Assembly (NCBI GenBank): GCA_032718475.1
Contig: JAUCBJ010007173.1
Span: forward strand, 1 to 64,000
Length of the DNA: 64,000 nucleotides
Source of the DNA: Nemertoderma westbladi
Lineage: Eukaryota > Animalia > Xenacoelomorpha
Reading direction: 5' to 3'
Below, in pieces: positions 23,101-36,308 of this stretch (position 1 is the stretch's first letter; each line of letters opens with the position of its first letter). A program made the translations under genes and the position numbers. The notes beneath the pieces were generated by a model, which was not told the DNA's origin, did no database searches, and worked only from the letters and a program-made list of their open reading frames with translations.

Positions 23101-24780
23101 GAAAGTGTATTTTTATAAGGGGGTGAGACCTGGACTCTGACTAAATCACTTGAACAACGAATTGATGGTTGCTACACAAGACTACTAAGGGCAGCCCTAA
23201 ACATCAGCTGGAGACAACACATGACAAACGCCAAGCTTTATGGTACAATACCACCTGTATCAACCACCCTCCGTGAACGCAGATTAAGATTCAGTGTGCA
23301 CTGCTGGCGAAGTAAAGACGAGGTCATACCAGATCTACTTCTCTGGCAACCAACTCATGGAAAGCGTAGTCGTGGACGACCTGCCATAACATATATAGAT
23401 CAACTTGAAAGGGATACTGAACTTGGGAGAAACGAAATTGCGACAACTATGGAGAATCGGGAAGCCTGGAAGGATCTCATGTCCACTGTCCGAGTTCGCT
23501 CGACCTAGTAGTAGTAGTAATTATTACCTAGGTTTTTTTAATGGATCTAGAGTTTATTTGGAATTGATTAGTGTAGTAGAATTTTTCGGCAGCCCGCAGT
23601 GTTGTTGTTAGTTTGTTTCTATATGTTGTAAATACAAGACGGTTAGATTCAGATGGGTCCTTTAAGTACTTGCGGTAGAGTTTATTTTTTTTGAGACAGC
23701 TGGTCGAAATGGCGTCTGTCATCCAGGGTTTGATTGGTATTTTCCGAGGAGGGACTATTTTTTTGGGTACATGGCGTTTACAAATTTTTTCAAGATCCTC
23801 ATAAAAAGCGTCAAATTTTAATTTATTGTCAATGGATGTGTCTTTGTATGACCACGAGTTTGGTGAATTAATATCCTGAAGAAAGTGGTTGATGTTAAAA
23901 TTGGAGTAGTCAAAAATAGTTGTATTTTTAGGTTTATTGAAAAGGCATGCATAGTTTTGTAAAAGCGTAAATATAGGTTGGTGGTCTGTAGTGCCAATTT
24001 TGACTCTAAAAGTACCTGATTTTGTAGCAAAGGTTGTTATATTTGTTATAATGTGGTCGATAGTGGTTTCCGAAAAAGCAGTTACCCGAGTCGGTTCGTT
24101 AATATGTTGGACAAAGCCATTTGAATTGAATGTGTTTATGTATTCAGCCGGGTTGTCTTTTGGATTACGTAAGTCAATATTTGTATCTCCAGTAATTATT
24201 ACATCAAGGTTATTATTAGCGAGGTTAGAGAGTGAAATATCTGTATGAGAGAGAAAGTCATCCCGTTTGATAGTTTCCGGTCTGTAGAGTGAAGCGATTA
24301 TTAGCGATTTAGACTTAGGTCTTTTTATCTCTACCCAAGAACTTTCAAGGCCATTAATTTTTAAATCTTCACTTTCTGTAATTTCTAAACTTTCATTAAC
24401 ATAAATTGCCGTACCGCCTCTATCTAATTGCCCATATTTCCGATAATCCAAGAAAGGACCTTTGTAGCCGTATATTTTTATACTATCCAATGAAATATTA
24501 TATGTTAAAAAAGTTTCTGAAAAACATAATACATCAAATTTACATGCGAGAGTTAATAGGAAGTCTGTGATATCTGATAAATTTTTCCGAAGGCTTCGAC
24601 AATTTAGATGAAATATTGAAAGTGATGGGAGATCATTTAATTTGTTTAGTTCATTGTTAAAAGTTAGTTCGCTGAATGTCCCTCCGTCAACATTTATGTT
24701 GTTTAAATTGGTATCAGGATCTAAGTGAGAAAAAGTTTGATTTAAAATGTTAGAGTCGGGAATTGTTTGAACTACAGGAA
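20181..24780 (-). mobile_element. CR1/L2-group LINE ORF2 remnant interrupted by an RTE insertion
   Basis: APE motifs (RGGTAIYV, SLYRP, TGDTNID, TIDHI, TDHQP) at 23528-24600; RT motifs (YRPISLL, AFDTINH, GLPQGGTLSP, FADD) at 20200-21350. The reading KKT(W)VIINSAL rejoins across the insertion. Confidence 0.85.
21362..23519 (+). mobile_element. 5'-truncated RTE-clade LINE
   Basis: RT motifs QNGFR, VDFKKAFDSIHR, GVLQGDTLAP, DFADD; C-terminus LLLWQP..RGRP; (TAG)n tail; TSD attattacc at 21353-21361 and 23520-23528. Confidence 0.92.
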
Positions 24781-24789
24781 AAATGTCAG

Positions 24790-27017
24790 AGACAAATTGG
24801 TCGGTAGAATGAAAAGGAAATATGTTAAAATAACAATAGGTAGAGTATATGTCCGTGTGTCTGCGTCTAGCTTCATTAAGTTCCTCGTGTGAAGAGAATG
24901 ATCGGTTTTATTAGCAAATTTGGACCCTAATGCTGCATGGTTATTCCTAAAGAATACGCTCCATGAGGGTGTATCTCTACATGTTCCCACCCGTCCCTCG
25001 CAATACGGGGGACGCCATGGGAGGTCAACAGTCTAGCAACTATTGCATGTCTTAGATAACATAGGTAACGCCTTGGATGACCCTAATGTAGAAGGCTGTG
25101 ATGTCATATATTTGGACTTGAAACGGGCATATGACTCTGTTTCCATTCGTTTACTATTACACAAACTGTACGCATATGGTGTACGAGGAAAACTGTTACA
25201 CTGGATAAAAAACTTTCTTAGTAACAGAACTCAACGTGTTGTTATTAATGGTAAATCTAGTAAATACATACCATTAGAAAGTGGCCTTCCCCAAGGAACA
25301 GTGCTGGGTACCTTACCGTACTGTTCATAGTCTTCGATAATGATGCTCCGTCTGTTATTGAATCCTTGTGCAGCCTGTTTGTTGACGACCAAAAGTTATA
25401 CAGACATATTAGTTCTGCCAGAGATGTTTCCATGTTACAGAATGACCTTAATGCATTGAGTACTTGGGCCAATGAATGGAAACTTACCTTTAACGTGGAC
25501 AAGTGCAAAGTGGTTAGATTTGGTAAGAGTATTGATTTCCCCCCCGAATACTACCTAGATGGTTATAAACTAGAAATTGTCACCCAATACAAGGACCTCG
25601 GTGTCACTTTTTCAAACACATTACTATTTTCCTCCCACTGTTCTAATATCTGCGCCTCTGCTTCAAGAGTGCTGGCTGTAATGAGGAGAAACTTCACATA
25701 TATGGAGCCACAAATGTTTATCGTGCTATACAAGTCAATTTTACGTCCTATCCTTGAGTTCGCCACTCCAATCTGGTCGCCTTTTCACCGTTCCGATATA
25801 GATAAAATAGAACGCATCCAACATCGTGCTACAAAACTGGTTCCATCCTTAAGAAACCTCCCATACCGAGAGCGTCTGGAGAGGCTTAAACTCCCAACAT
25901 TAATATACAGACGAATCCGTGGCGACCTCATCACAGTGTGGAACCTAACCCATGGCAAGGCGGCCTTTGATTGGAAACAACTATTTTCGCTTGTTGTCGA
26001 CACTCACCACCACAATACTAGAGGAAACTCCCTAAAGCTACACAAACAGGCCCTTAATAAGAACTTGCTCGTTTGCAAAAACTCATTCGCAAACCGAGTG
26101 GTAAACGTCTGGAACCGTTTACCCAACGACGTTGTAACCGCGACCACCGTGAATGCTTTTAAAATAGGGCTCGATCGCTTCATGCCAACTATTATGAACA
26201 TGTATGACGACTCTCCCGCACGTCAAGATAACAGCATTTTATTTTCAGTTGACAGATACTTCTTTTAAGTAATTATTTCATTTTATTTCCATCTAACTTT
26301 TAACCCTTGATACATACCTATAGTATATCTTAATTTTTCTCGAATTTTATTCATATATTTTATTTCCATACCTGCGATTTTTATACATCTATGATTTTTA
26401 TAAATATAATTAAAGCATTATTACATAAGTTTTTTTTTATTTTGTTTTCCCGGCTTTAAAATGCAATTGCGTAACTTTGCAGAATCTTCGAATACTGCAA
26501 TGAATTTAGAAATATACTGTAAATTTAATGATTACATTACATATGTGGCTGGTTCGAGGAATATATTTCTTGTCTTGACTTAATATTTATTTTTTATATC
26601 GAATTTTATCTTTAATTAATTAATCTATTTTTTTTATTTATATTTTATCGAATTTTATCTTTAATTAATTAATCTATTTTTATTATTATTTTATTCCCGC
26701 CCTAAAACGCAACTGCGTAACTTGCCAGCCATTGCGGAAAACCAATTGTTTATAATATCTGAATATATTATAATTATAATTATAATATATAATAATGAAT
26801 ATATTATTAATTTATTATTACTATATATTTATCTTGGTGCAATGCAGACTGTATAACAGAACGTGTATATATTACATTACAGTACGTACGTAAATTACCT
26901 TCATATTGAAATTTAATTTTACTGTAATTTTGTCCTAATCATGGATTATCTTTATTTCTGTCATTTGTGTTTGTATGTTTGACTTTTGAGACATATTTTT
27001 ATTGATACTGGCGTAAT
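24790..27017 (+). mobile_element. 5'-truncated CR1-clade LINE with AT-rich 3' UTR
   Basis: LDLKRAYDSV, GLPQGTVLG, LFVDDQKLY, YKDLGV, RRIRGDLI, NTRGNSLKL, RVVNVWNRLP; frameshift at about 25320. Confidence 0.9.
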
Positions 27018-29595
27018 TAAACTAAACTAAACTAAACTAAACTAAACTAAACTAAACTAAACTAAACTAAACTAAACTAAACTAAACTAAACTAAACTAA
27101 ACTAAACTAAACTAAACTAAACTAAACTAAACTAAACTAAACTAAACTAAACTAAACTAAACTAAACTAAACTAAACTAAACTAAACTAAACTAAACTAA
27201 ACTAAACTAAACTAAACTAAACTAAACTAAACTAAACTAAACTAAACTAAACTAAACTAAACTAAACTAAACTAAACTAAACTAAACTAAACTAAACTAA
27301 ACTAAACTAAACTAAACTAAACTAAACTAAACTAAACTAAACTAAACTAAACTAAACTAAACTAAACTAAACTAAACTAAACTAAACTAAACTAAACTAA
27401 ACTAAACTAAACTAAACTAAACTAAACTAAACTAAACTAAACTAAACTAAACTAAACTAAACTAAACTAAACTAAACTAAACTAAACTAAACTAAACTAA
27501 ACTAAACTAAACTAAACTAAACTAAACTAAACTAAACTAAACTAAACTAAACTAAACTAAACTAAACTAAACTAAACTAAACTAAACTAAACTAAACTAA
27601 ACTAAACTAAACTAAACTAAACTAAACTAAACTAAACTAAACTAAACTAAACTAAACTAAACTAAACTAAACTAAACTAAACTAAACTAAACTAAACTAA
27701 ACTAAACTAAACTAAACTAAACTAAACTAAACTAAACTAAACTAAACTAAACTAAACTAAACTAAACTAAACTAAACTAAACTAAACTAAACTAAACTAA
27801 ACTAAACTAAACTAAACTAAACTAAACTAAACTAAACTAAACTAAACTAAACTAAACTAAACTAAACTAAACTAAACTAAACTAAACTAAACTAAACTAA
27901 ACTAAACTAAACTAAACTAAACTAAACTAAACTAAACTAAACTAAACTAAACTAAACTAAACTAAACTAAACTAAACTAAACTAAACTAAACTAAACTAA
28001 ACTAAACTAAACTAAACTAAACTAAACTAAACTAAACTAAACTAAACTAAACTAAACTAAACTAAACTAAACTAAACTAAACTAAACTAAACTAAACTAA
28101 ACTAAACTAAACTAAACTAAACTAAACTAAACTAAACTAAACTAAACTAAACTAAACTAAACTAAACTAAACTAAACTAAACTAAACTAAACTAAACTAA
28201 ACTAAACTAAACTAAACTAAACTAAACTAAACTAAACTAAACTAAACTAAACTAAACTAAACTAAACTAAACTAAACTAAACTAAACTAAACTAAACTAA
28301 ACTAAACTAAACTAAACTAAACTAAACTAAACTAAACTAAACTAAACTAAACTAAACTAAACTAAACTAAACTAAACTAAACTAAACTAAACTAAACTAA
28401 ACTAAACTAAACTAAACTAAACTAAACTAAACTAAACTAAACTAAACTAAACTAAACTAAACTAAACTAAACTAAACTAAACTAAACTAAACTAAACTAA
28501 ACTAAACTAAACTAAACTAAACTAAACTAAACTAAACTAAACTAAACTAAACTAAACTAAACTAAACTAAACTAAACTAAACTAAACTAAACTAAACTAA
28601 ACTAAACTAAACTAAACTAAACTAAACTAAACTAAACTAAACTAAACTAAACTAAACTAAACTAAACTAAACTAAACTAAACTAAACTAAACTAAACTAA
28701 ACTAAACTAAACTAAACTAAACTAAACTAAACTAAACTAAACTAAACTAAACTAAACTAAACTAAACTAAACTAAACTAAACTAAACTAAACTAAACTAA
28801 ACTAAACTAAACTAAACTAAACTAAACTAAACTAAACTAAACTAAACTAAACTAAACTAAACTAAACTAAACTAAACTAAACTAAACTAAACTAAACTAA
28901 ACTAAACTAAACTAAACTAAACTAAACTAAACTAAACTAAACTAAACTAAACTAAACTAAACTAAACTAAACTAAACTAAACTAAACTAAACTAAACTAA
29001 ACTAAACTAAACTAAACTAAACTAAACTAAACTAAACTAAACTAAACTAAACTAAACTAAACTAAACTAAACTAAACTAAACTAAACTAAACTAAACTAA
29101 ACTAAACTAAACTAAACTAAACTAAACTAAACTAAACTAAACTAAACTAAACTAAACTAAACTAAACTAAACTAAACTAAACTAAACTAAACTAAACTAA
29201 ACTAAACTAAACTAAACTAAACTAAACTAAACTAAACTAAACTAAACTAAACTAAACTAAACTAAACTAAACTAAACTAAACTAAACTAAACTAAACTAA
29301 ACTAAACTAAACTAAACTAAACTAAACTAAACTAAACTAAACTAAACTAAACTAAACTAAACTAAACTAAACTAAACTAAACTAAACTAAACTAAACTAA
29401 ACTAAACTAAACTAAACTAAACTAAACTAAACTAAACTAAACTAAACTAAACTAAACTAAACTAAACTAAACTAAACTAAACTAAACTAAACTAAACTAA
29501 ACTAAACTAAACTAAACTAAACTAAACTAAACTAAACTAAACTAAACTAAACTAAACTAAACTAAACTAAACTAAACTAAACTAAACTAAACTAA
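27018..29595. repeat. (AAACT)n pentanucleotide microsatellite, about 515 units, at the 3' tail position of the CR1 element
   Basis: Apparently perfect actaa repeats for about 2.58 kb, directly after aattaaa at the end of the CR1 3' UTR. Confidence 0.97.
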
Positions 29596-30649
29596 GGAGC
29601 GCGAGCGGGGTGACAAGGACAGTATATTATGTTTTGTACAGAACCGGTAGGCAGGTAGGTGATAGGTAAATCAGTTGGAATGTAGCTTAGGCTGTATGCT
29701 GCATACTACAGTACTATGATACTATGATATAGTATGTAGTACCGGTACTATGATATCAATTCCCGAATTCCTGATATCAAATTCCGAAGGAAGTTTATGT
29801 TAATTCCATAATATAATGCAATTCAGCAATTACCATTACAGTACAGCAGTACAGTTAGCGTCAGGTCCAACCCGGTCTGCCGGTACTGCTCTACACTCAG
29901 ACACTCTAGGCAGCTAGGACTGTCATGACTGTCAGACTGTAGGAGGGCTGCATTACTAATCGTACCGGTAATGGATTTTTCTCCTTTGACGACAGAGTGT
30001 TTGATTAATAGTTATACCAAGCTAGCTTATAGATTACTGAGATCAATATCGTTTCTCTTCCGTTTGGGTTGGTACAGCCGCATTCGACTCCCATTTGTTG
30101 TCACATGTTTCTTTCTCGCTTTCGATCTCAGGATTCAGTTGGAAGTCAACGTTAACAGAGGATAGAACCGGTAAGTTATTGACTATCGACTCAGTTCAGC
30201 AGTCGCTCGTTATTGTTGGTGAGCGACTGTCTCTGTCTGACTGCTGACCGGTCTGCCAGCAGCCGGTACACCGGTAGGTCCCTAGCACCTAGCATATTTG
30301 GGTGTATTTCAATACTTACAATCCCGCTTCCGGCAGTCCGGCAGAGTCGTACATTGTAGTACCGGTAGTAGTACTGTAGTAAGCCTATTGGTAATAGATG
30401 TCAACGAAAAACAGGAGTGGCAAGTGGAGTGGAGTGGAGTGGGAGTCAAGCTCAGTTACAGGTTAGGATCTCTCTCTGGGTGAATGTCTGTCTGTCTGTG
30501 AAGTTCTTACAGTCTAAGCCTGTTTGTACAGTTGTAAGCAGGTAAGTGGTAAGCGCAGAAGTGAGCTTTGGCAGTTTGCAGTTTGGGATGTAAAGGCAGT
30601 TGCAAAGTAAATAGTATGGGTTCTCCTTCTGTCCTTGTGATGTGATTAT

Positions 30650-31678
30650 TTGATGGTGACACAACCATTTGAAGTGCTATGCAGCTATGGGGCGTCCTCC
30701 AGGGAGATACACTTGCACCATTCTTGTTCATAATTGTGGTTGACTATGTTCTACGCATGTCCTTAGATCATCATAATGATGATGGGTTGATGATAACTCC
30801 ACCTACTGGCTCCAGAAGTCGAGGAAATCCTGCCAAGTACCTAACTGATCTAGACTTTGCTGATGACTTAGGAGTACTCTCAGAATCACTAGAGGGAGCC
30901 CAACGGCTCCTCAGCTCATTAGAACATGCTGCTTCTAGTGTTGGTTTTTTTATTAACTCCAGAAAGACCAAAATTTTGACAGTTAACTTTGAAAGTTCTC
31001 AGCAAGTCTCTGATCGGATGAGCATAAGCTCAAAGGATGGTATGCTTGAGCATGTGGACGACTTCTGTTACCTGGGATCATGGATCCGGAAGTCAGGTGA
31101 GGACCTTCGAATACGTAAGGGAAAGGCATGGGCAGCCTTGAATATGCTTTCCAGGATTTGGAAGTAACCGAGAATTAAACGGAAACTTAAGGTCCGATTA
31201 TTTAGAGCAGCAGTAGTTCCAGTACTCCTCTATGGGAGTCCATGCTGGGCTCTAACTGCTGAGGACACCAAATCTCTGGATGGCACATTCACAAGAATGC
31301 TACGCCGGGTTCATTGTGTCAAGTACAATGCACACATCTCCAACCAGACACTATTGGTTCATTGGTTCCCCCAAGCTTGACACTAGATCAAAATCGCCTC
31401 CGCTTTGCAGGTCATGCAGGTCATTGCTTTCGCCGTGAGGACCAGCCAGTGCATAATCTTGTACTTTGGCAGCCTCATGGAGTGAATAAGCATGGTGGAC
31501 AGCCCATGACTTTCTTGAGACGCATCTTAAAGGACACTGGCCTTGAAGATGCGGATGGTCTAGTAGATGTCATGGGTGATAGGGAGTTGTGGCGGCGCAA
31601 TTTTGTCGACAAGCCGGCACAGCATTCTTAAAAATGCAGCAGCAATGCAGCATGCTGATACTAGTAGTAGTAGTAGTG
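30650..31678 (+). mobile_element. 5'-truncated RTE-clade LINE (second family)
   Basis: GVLQGDTLAPFLF, LDFADD, DFCYLGS, LRFAGH, LVLWQP; (TAG)n tail. Further copies at 34455-34722 and 62090-62375. Confidence 0.88.
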
Positions 31679-31679
31679 A

Positions 31680-32230
31680 TTATTTAATATTTGAAGCCGC
31701 TAACAAACTGACAAACCTTTCCATCCTGCCATCAGTTCCATCATCCTTTAGATGTGATATTGGGATCTCGATATTGAGATCGCTCCCAAAAGTAGAAGTA
31801 TGGTGTCCTGATTGTAACATACCATTACCGGTACTGACATAGGCATATGTCAGTATGTGGTAGAAATCAATAAGTTCTTGGTCGTTCTCAATAATACATT
31901 TTGCAATGAAATCTCATCTGATGGTGTTGAAGGCATTTTTAAATTTCAATACAGCAATAGGCCTACGGTACATCAATGGCACATCTCCAGGTGTGGCTGA
32001 AGATGCAAATGTTCTAAAGGGCGTGAGCCGCTGTCTCAGAACCTCCTACAACTCCGTACCCGAGTTGAACATGGCTAAACATGAAACAATGTTCAGATGT
32101 TTCATTGGAACATGGAGGAAGCTCAATAAACTTTTGAATTTAACACCAATTTAGTAACCAAACCAGCAACAGGTGTCACCAATTGCAATAGGGCACGGAC
32201 CTACCACCATCCCAATGTGTAAATGCCGCC
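31680..32230 (-). mobile_element. degenerate CRE-clade (RLE-type) non-LTR reverse transcriptase remnant
   Basis: Hand translation across frames: PIAIGDT, QLGYGVVGGSETAAHA, FKNAFNTIR. These match CRE-type RT motifs (RPIAIG, QxGxGxxGGxExxxH, DFxNAFN). Confidence 0.65.
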
Positions 32231-32927
32231 AGTGACGTACTAGCGCAGATAAGACGGACTACCTCAGGAGTTGACAGGTTGAACAAACAAGCGGGAGATA
32301 GATAGATTTGAGCGCCATAGATCTGTAGATTACAGGATTAGCGGAATATATGAGACACGACTTCCTTTTTTAATTTTATATAGGCCTCTTCTTAAGGCCA
32401 TCTTACCTTTCACATGAATATTTGTCTATTACATGTTATTATTGCGAATAATCATTTTAAATAAAATGCAGTGAGTGAATTCTGTTACTTTCTTTCGCTG
32501 TTTTTACGAATTGGACTGTTAGAGAAGTATTTAGACTTTTCACATAGAATAATATCTTATAGAACTTACTGTTGCTACAAACCTTCTAAGGGGATTGTTA
32601 CTTTGGGGACCGTTGTTTCAAGCTTTCAACCGTTTCTAATTGTCATTCTATAGCTGCGTACCGGTACTTATTGCTTCTGTGCTTGACTACCTGATTTTTT
32701 TTGGTTATAGAGTGACTACTGACTGTTTGAACATAGGGTTTCCCTCAATTGGTAAAGTGATCGTTTATTGTTTTGGTTAGAAAAGCCCGCATCTGTAACA
32801 TGCTCCTTTCTCTCAAGTGTTACTTATTTGTGAAAAAAAATGTTTATGAAAAAATTGTAAGAAGTGTTTCATACAAAGGTCCCCAAAGTAATTATACCCC
32901 CTTCTAATCTCCAGAGGACCAATAGCG

Positions 32928-33468
32928 ATGGCCACCAACGTCGTGGATTCTAATCCGACTATCATCGAGTTGGACATCGACGGGGAACTCAGGGACCTCT
33001 GCATCTCGCGACTGTCCGATACGGATGATGGCACCGAGGACGAACACCGAATCGGGTTGGTAACTCCGCTACCCGCCCACGCGATGGAGACCCCATACGT
33101 GCCGGATGACGTGGACGACCCAGCCGAGTTGCTGAGTCGTAATTGTATGCTGGTGCTCGGCGGTCGGGGTGCTGCTACCGAGAAACAGGGTGCTACCGAC
33201 ACCTTAGGTGTTCCTACCACTAAAAGTCCACCTCAAACTTCCAAACAATCAAAACTGAATCCCCTTAGCGCGATATCAATATTACAGACAGAGCGGATGA
33301 GGCAGTCTAAGGACGCCTTGTCTAGAGGAGGTGGGAGGGCGGGTGGGGCCAGGTTGGGAGTCCCCGCCGGCCCCTCTAGGGTCGGGGGCTCGTCGTCTGG
33401 GGTCCGACCCCAGGCCAGGAGGTTGCCGCCAATTACCGAGAGGCATATCAACGATCTCCATCCATATC
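32928..33468 (+). CDS. ankyrin-repeat gene, coding exon 1 (acidic then low-complexity N-terminus)
   Basis: Acceptor ctccag at 32914 before the ATG at 32928; phase-1 donor gttagt at 33469, matching the phase-1 acceptor of the next exon. The link to exon 2 rests on phase only. Confidence 0.65.
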
Positions 33469-34089
33469 GTTAGTATATTTACTTTACGTTATTGCGTCGG
33501 ATAGGTCTACCCTGTTATTATAAAGTGTATGAGGATGGGGCGAGCCACGAAGTCAGTGAGACTTAGCATAGAGTTTAGTGTAAAATCGATATTGACAGTC
33601 TGTCCACCAAACTCTCTGGTTATAATAAAACAACGCCAATATCTCAGCATCTACTCGGTGCGTCTAGTTAGAGAGTCAATGGCCCAAAATGAACGCAAAC
33701 ACCAAATATGTTTCGTGGATTTGAAAATTTAATTTAATAAGGGAAATTAGCAGGTTACAGTGGCAAGGGGGGTGTTTTATAACCAAAACAATAAACGAGA
33801 CGATTTCCCTTGCGTTCAACGTGCCCCATAAAGTAACAGTATGATTGTACGGGATTCCACGTTGACTCTGATGTAAGCCTAACAGTAACTCATTCATTCT
33901 GACGATGCCTACTACACCCAGTACACTTACTTATTCAGCGTGTAGGATACAAACAGCGCACGCGACATTGTTTGATACCGGTAACGTTCCGCGTACACTC
34001 ATTTAGTTTTAATTAATTAAGCTTTGAAACTTGAAAATTAAAGGACATTTCAGGCTCTCGTTCTGGTTACATATTTCCACTGGAGCTCA

Positions 34090-36308
34090 GACCGTGGCTT
34101 TTCCAGTTAACATTATTCCATTTTGTATAAGGGGCCATCTATAAATGACGTCACGTTTTTTAAATACATTGTTGACCCCCTCCCCCCCTTTTGTCACAAT
34201 TTGTCACGAAATGGCTACCCCCCCCCCCCCCCCTCCCCCAATGTCACGTCACACTATATCAAATTAAATGATTACTATTATATTATTAGAACAATAAATC
34301 TGGAATAAATTTCTCAACTATAAACTATAGCTATAAACTAACATTACAAATTACAGTAATACGAGTTTTTCAGACATGCTCCCATGGGCACGACAGATGG
34401 TCTGTCATGCTTATAATGTCCATTGGTGAGACATCAGCTACTGGGTTTGCAGGGGATCGGCCTCCGCTTTGCAGGACATTGCTTTCGCCTTGAGGACCAG
34501 CCAGTGCATAATCTTGTACTTTGGCAGCCTCATGGAGTGAATAAGCACGGTGGACAGCCCATGACTTTCTTGAGACGCATCTTAAAGGACACTGGCCTTG
34601 AAGATGCGGATGATCTAGTAGATGTCATGGGTGATAGGGAGTTGTGGCGGCGCAATTTTGTCGACAAGCCGGCACAGCATTCTTAAAAATGCAGCTGCAA
34701 TGCAGCATGCCGATCCTAGTAGTCGCAGGGGATTGATAATCAAAACGGGTTTTGGAACTACCGCTACCATGAAGGTATGTAAGATTTTTAGTAAAACTTT
34801 CGATGCAAAGTAAAGATTTACCAATTATGGAAGGGCATTAGAGGTCGTAAGGTAAGATTTTAATGGTTATCATTGGAAGAGGTAATAGTTTAATAGTAAA
34901 CACTTTAATAGTAGAGACGTTTAATAGTATACAAGTATACACATTATGTATTTAATATGCAGTAATTTTATCGGAAACTTATAATGTGACGTCACGATAT
35001 TGCGGACACCCCCACTCCTCCTCGTCACATATCGTCACGAAATACCAAACCCACTGTCCAGCGTGACGTCATTTATGGATGGCCCCTAAAACAAGTAATG
35101 TGGTTGGTGAAAGCTGCTACTAAGCAGCAACCAACTGACCAATCACGTTAATCCTGTTTAACACAGAGTCAATGAGAATGGAATATTGCTAACATGAAAA
35201 AGTTCAGGTTACCATTATTCCATATCTCAGTATCTGTATTCATTATTATCACCCTCCCCTTGCAGCCTTGTCTGTTTCATTATACAAGTTATATCGAAAG
35301 GAAAGCAGTCAGGCGTCAGGCAGAACAGAAGGTTAAGGTACAGCAAATCAAATTATTAAGAATTGAAGCAACAGTAATTATAGCCAAAGCCAATACAGGT
35401 ACACACTGACATAATATTGTAATAGCAGGTTTTGTTAATTCATTACTTTAAGCCTTAAAATGGCCTTATTATACGCTGTCCAGCCTGTCAGCACTGTTCT
35501 TTTTGCTACTCGCGTGTCGGGAATGCTACATACAGACCTTGCTGCATGGAAACCAAATGAATGGATAGGATGTAGCGTTTGCAAGGGTGTAAACGCTACG
35601 CCAACAACCGACAACCACTGCCGACAACAGCAAATATGAAAATGTAACCTGAGTTCGTAACTCTCGTTTATTGTTTTGGTTAGACTAACCTTCCACTATA
35701 ACCTGTTCCTTTCCCTCAATTAATAAATAACATTAATTAGCTTTAATAATGGTTGTCGGCGTTGGTTGTCGGCGTTACGGGGTAGTATCTCACCCCGTTT
35801 GCACGAAGTGGTTGGTGAATAAAACGCAACACGAGTTTCGGGGTGATGAACTGATATGTGAGACCTGTATTTTGCCCACATTGAATATTACTACGTGGCA
35901 AGTACTTCAATGAGATATTGTATAAGTACAGTATGTTTATTACTAAACCAGACTTAACTATATATATTTCATTTACAGTTTACATTGTAATTAAACTAAT
36001 CCACTTATACTACATACGGTATTTTTTATTTTTCTTGCATATATTATGCCTGGTATTGTACCATATAATACAGTATATATGGCTTACTGGATTTCTAACT
36101 GACTAACACTAGCAGCTTTATTATTGTAATGTGTAATCACTTTGGAATAAAGGTAACCTGAACTTTTTGAAGTTAGCAATATTCCATTCTCATTGACTCT
36201 GTGTTAAACAGGATTAACGTGATTGGTTGCTGCTTAGTAGCAGCTTTCTCCAACCGCATTACTTGTTTTATACAAAGTGGAATAATGTTAACTGGAAAAG
36301 CCACGTCT
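34090..36308. mobile_element. non-autonomous DNA element with about 160-bp TIRs
   Basis: 34090-34130 joined to 35090-35213 is the reverse complement of 36151-36308 once the nested MITE is removed. Confidence 0.75.
34131..35086. mobile_element. PIF/Harbinger-type MITE containing an RTE 3' fragment (34455-34722)
   Basis: TIRs ggggccatctataaatgacgtcacg / cgtgacgtcatttatggatggcccc; TAA TSD, with the empty site visible in the opposite TIR at about 36270. Confidence 0.88.

Noticed and set aside
27018-29595. Telomere or interstitial telomeric array
   Set aside because: The unit is TTTAG, not TTAGGG or TTAGG; it is internal and is explained by its position as a CR1 tail.
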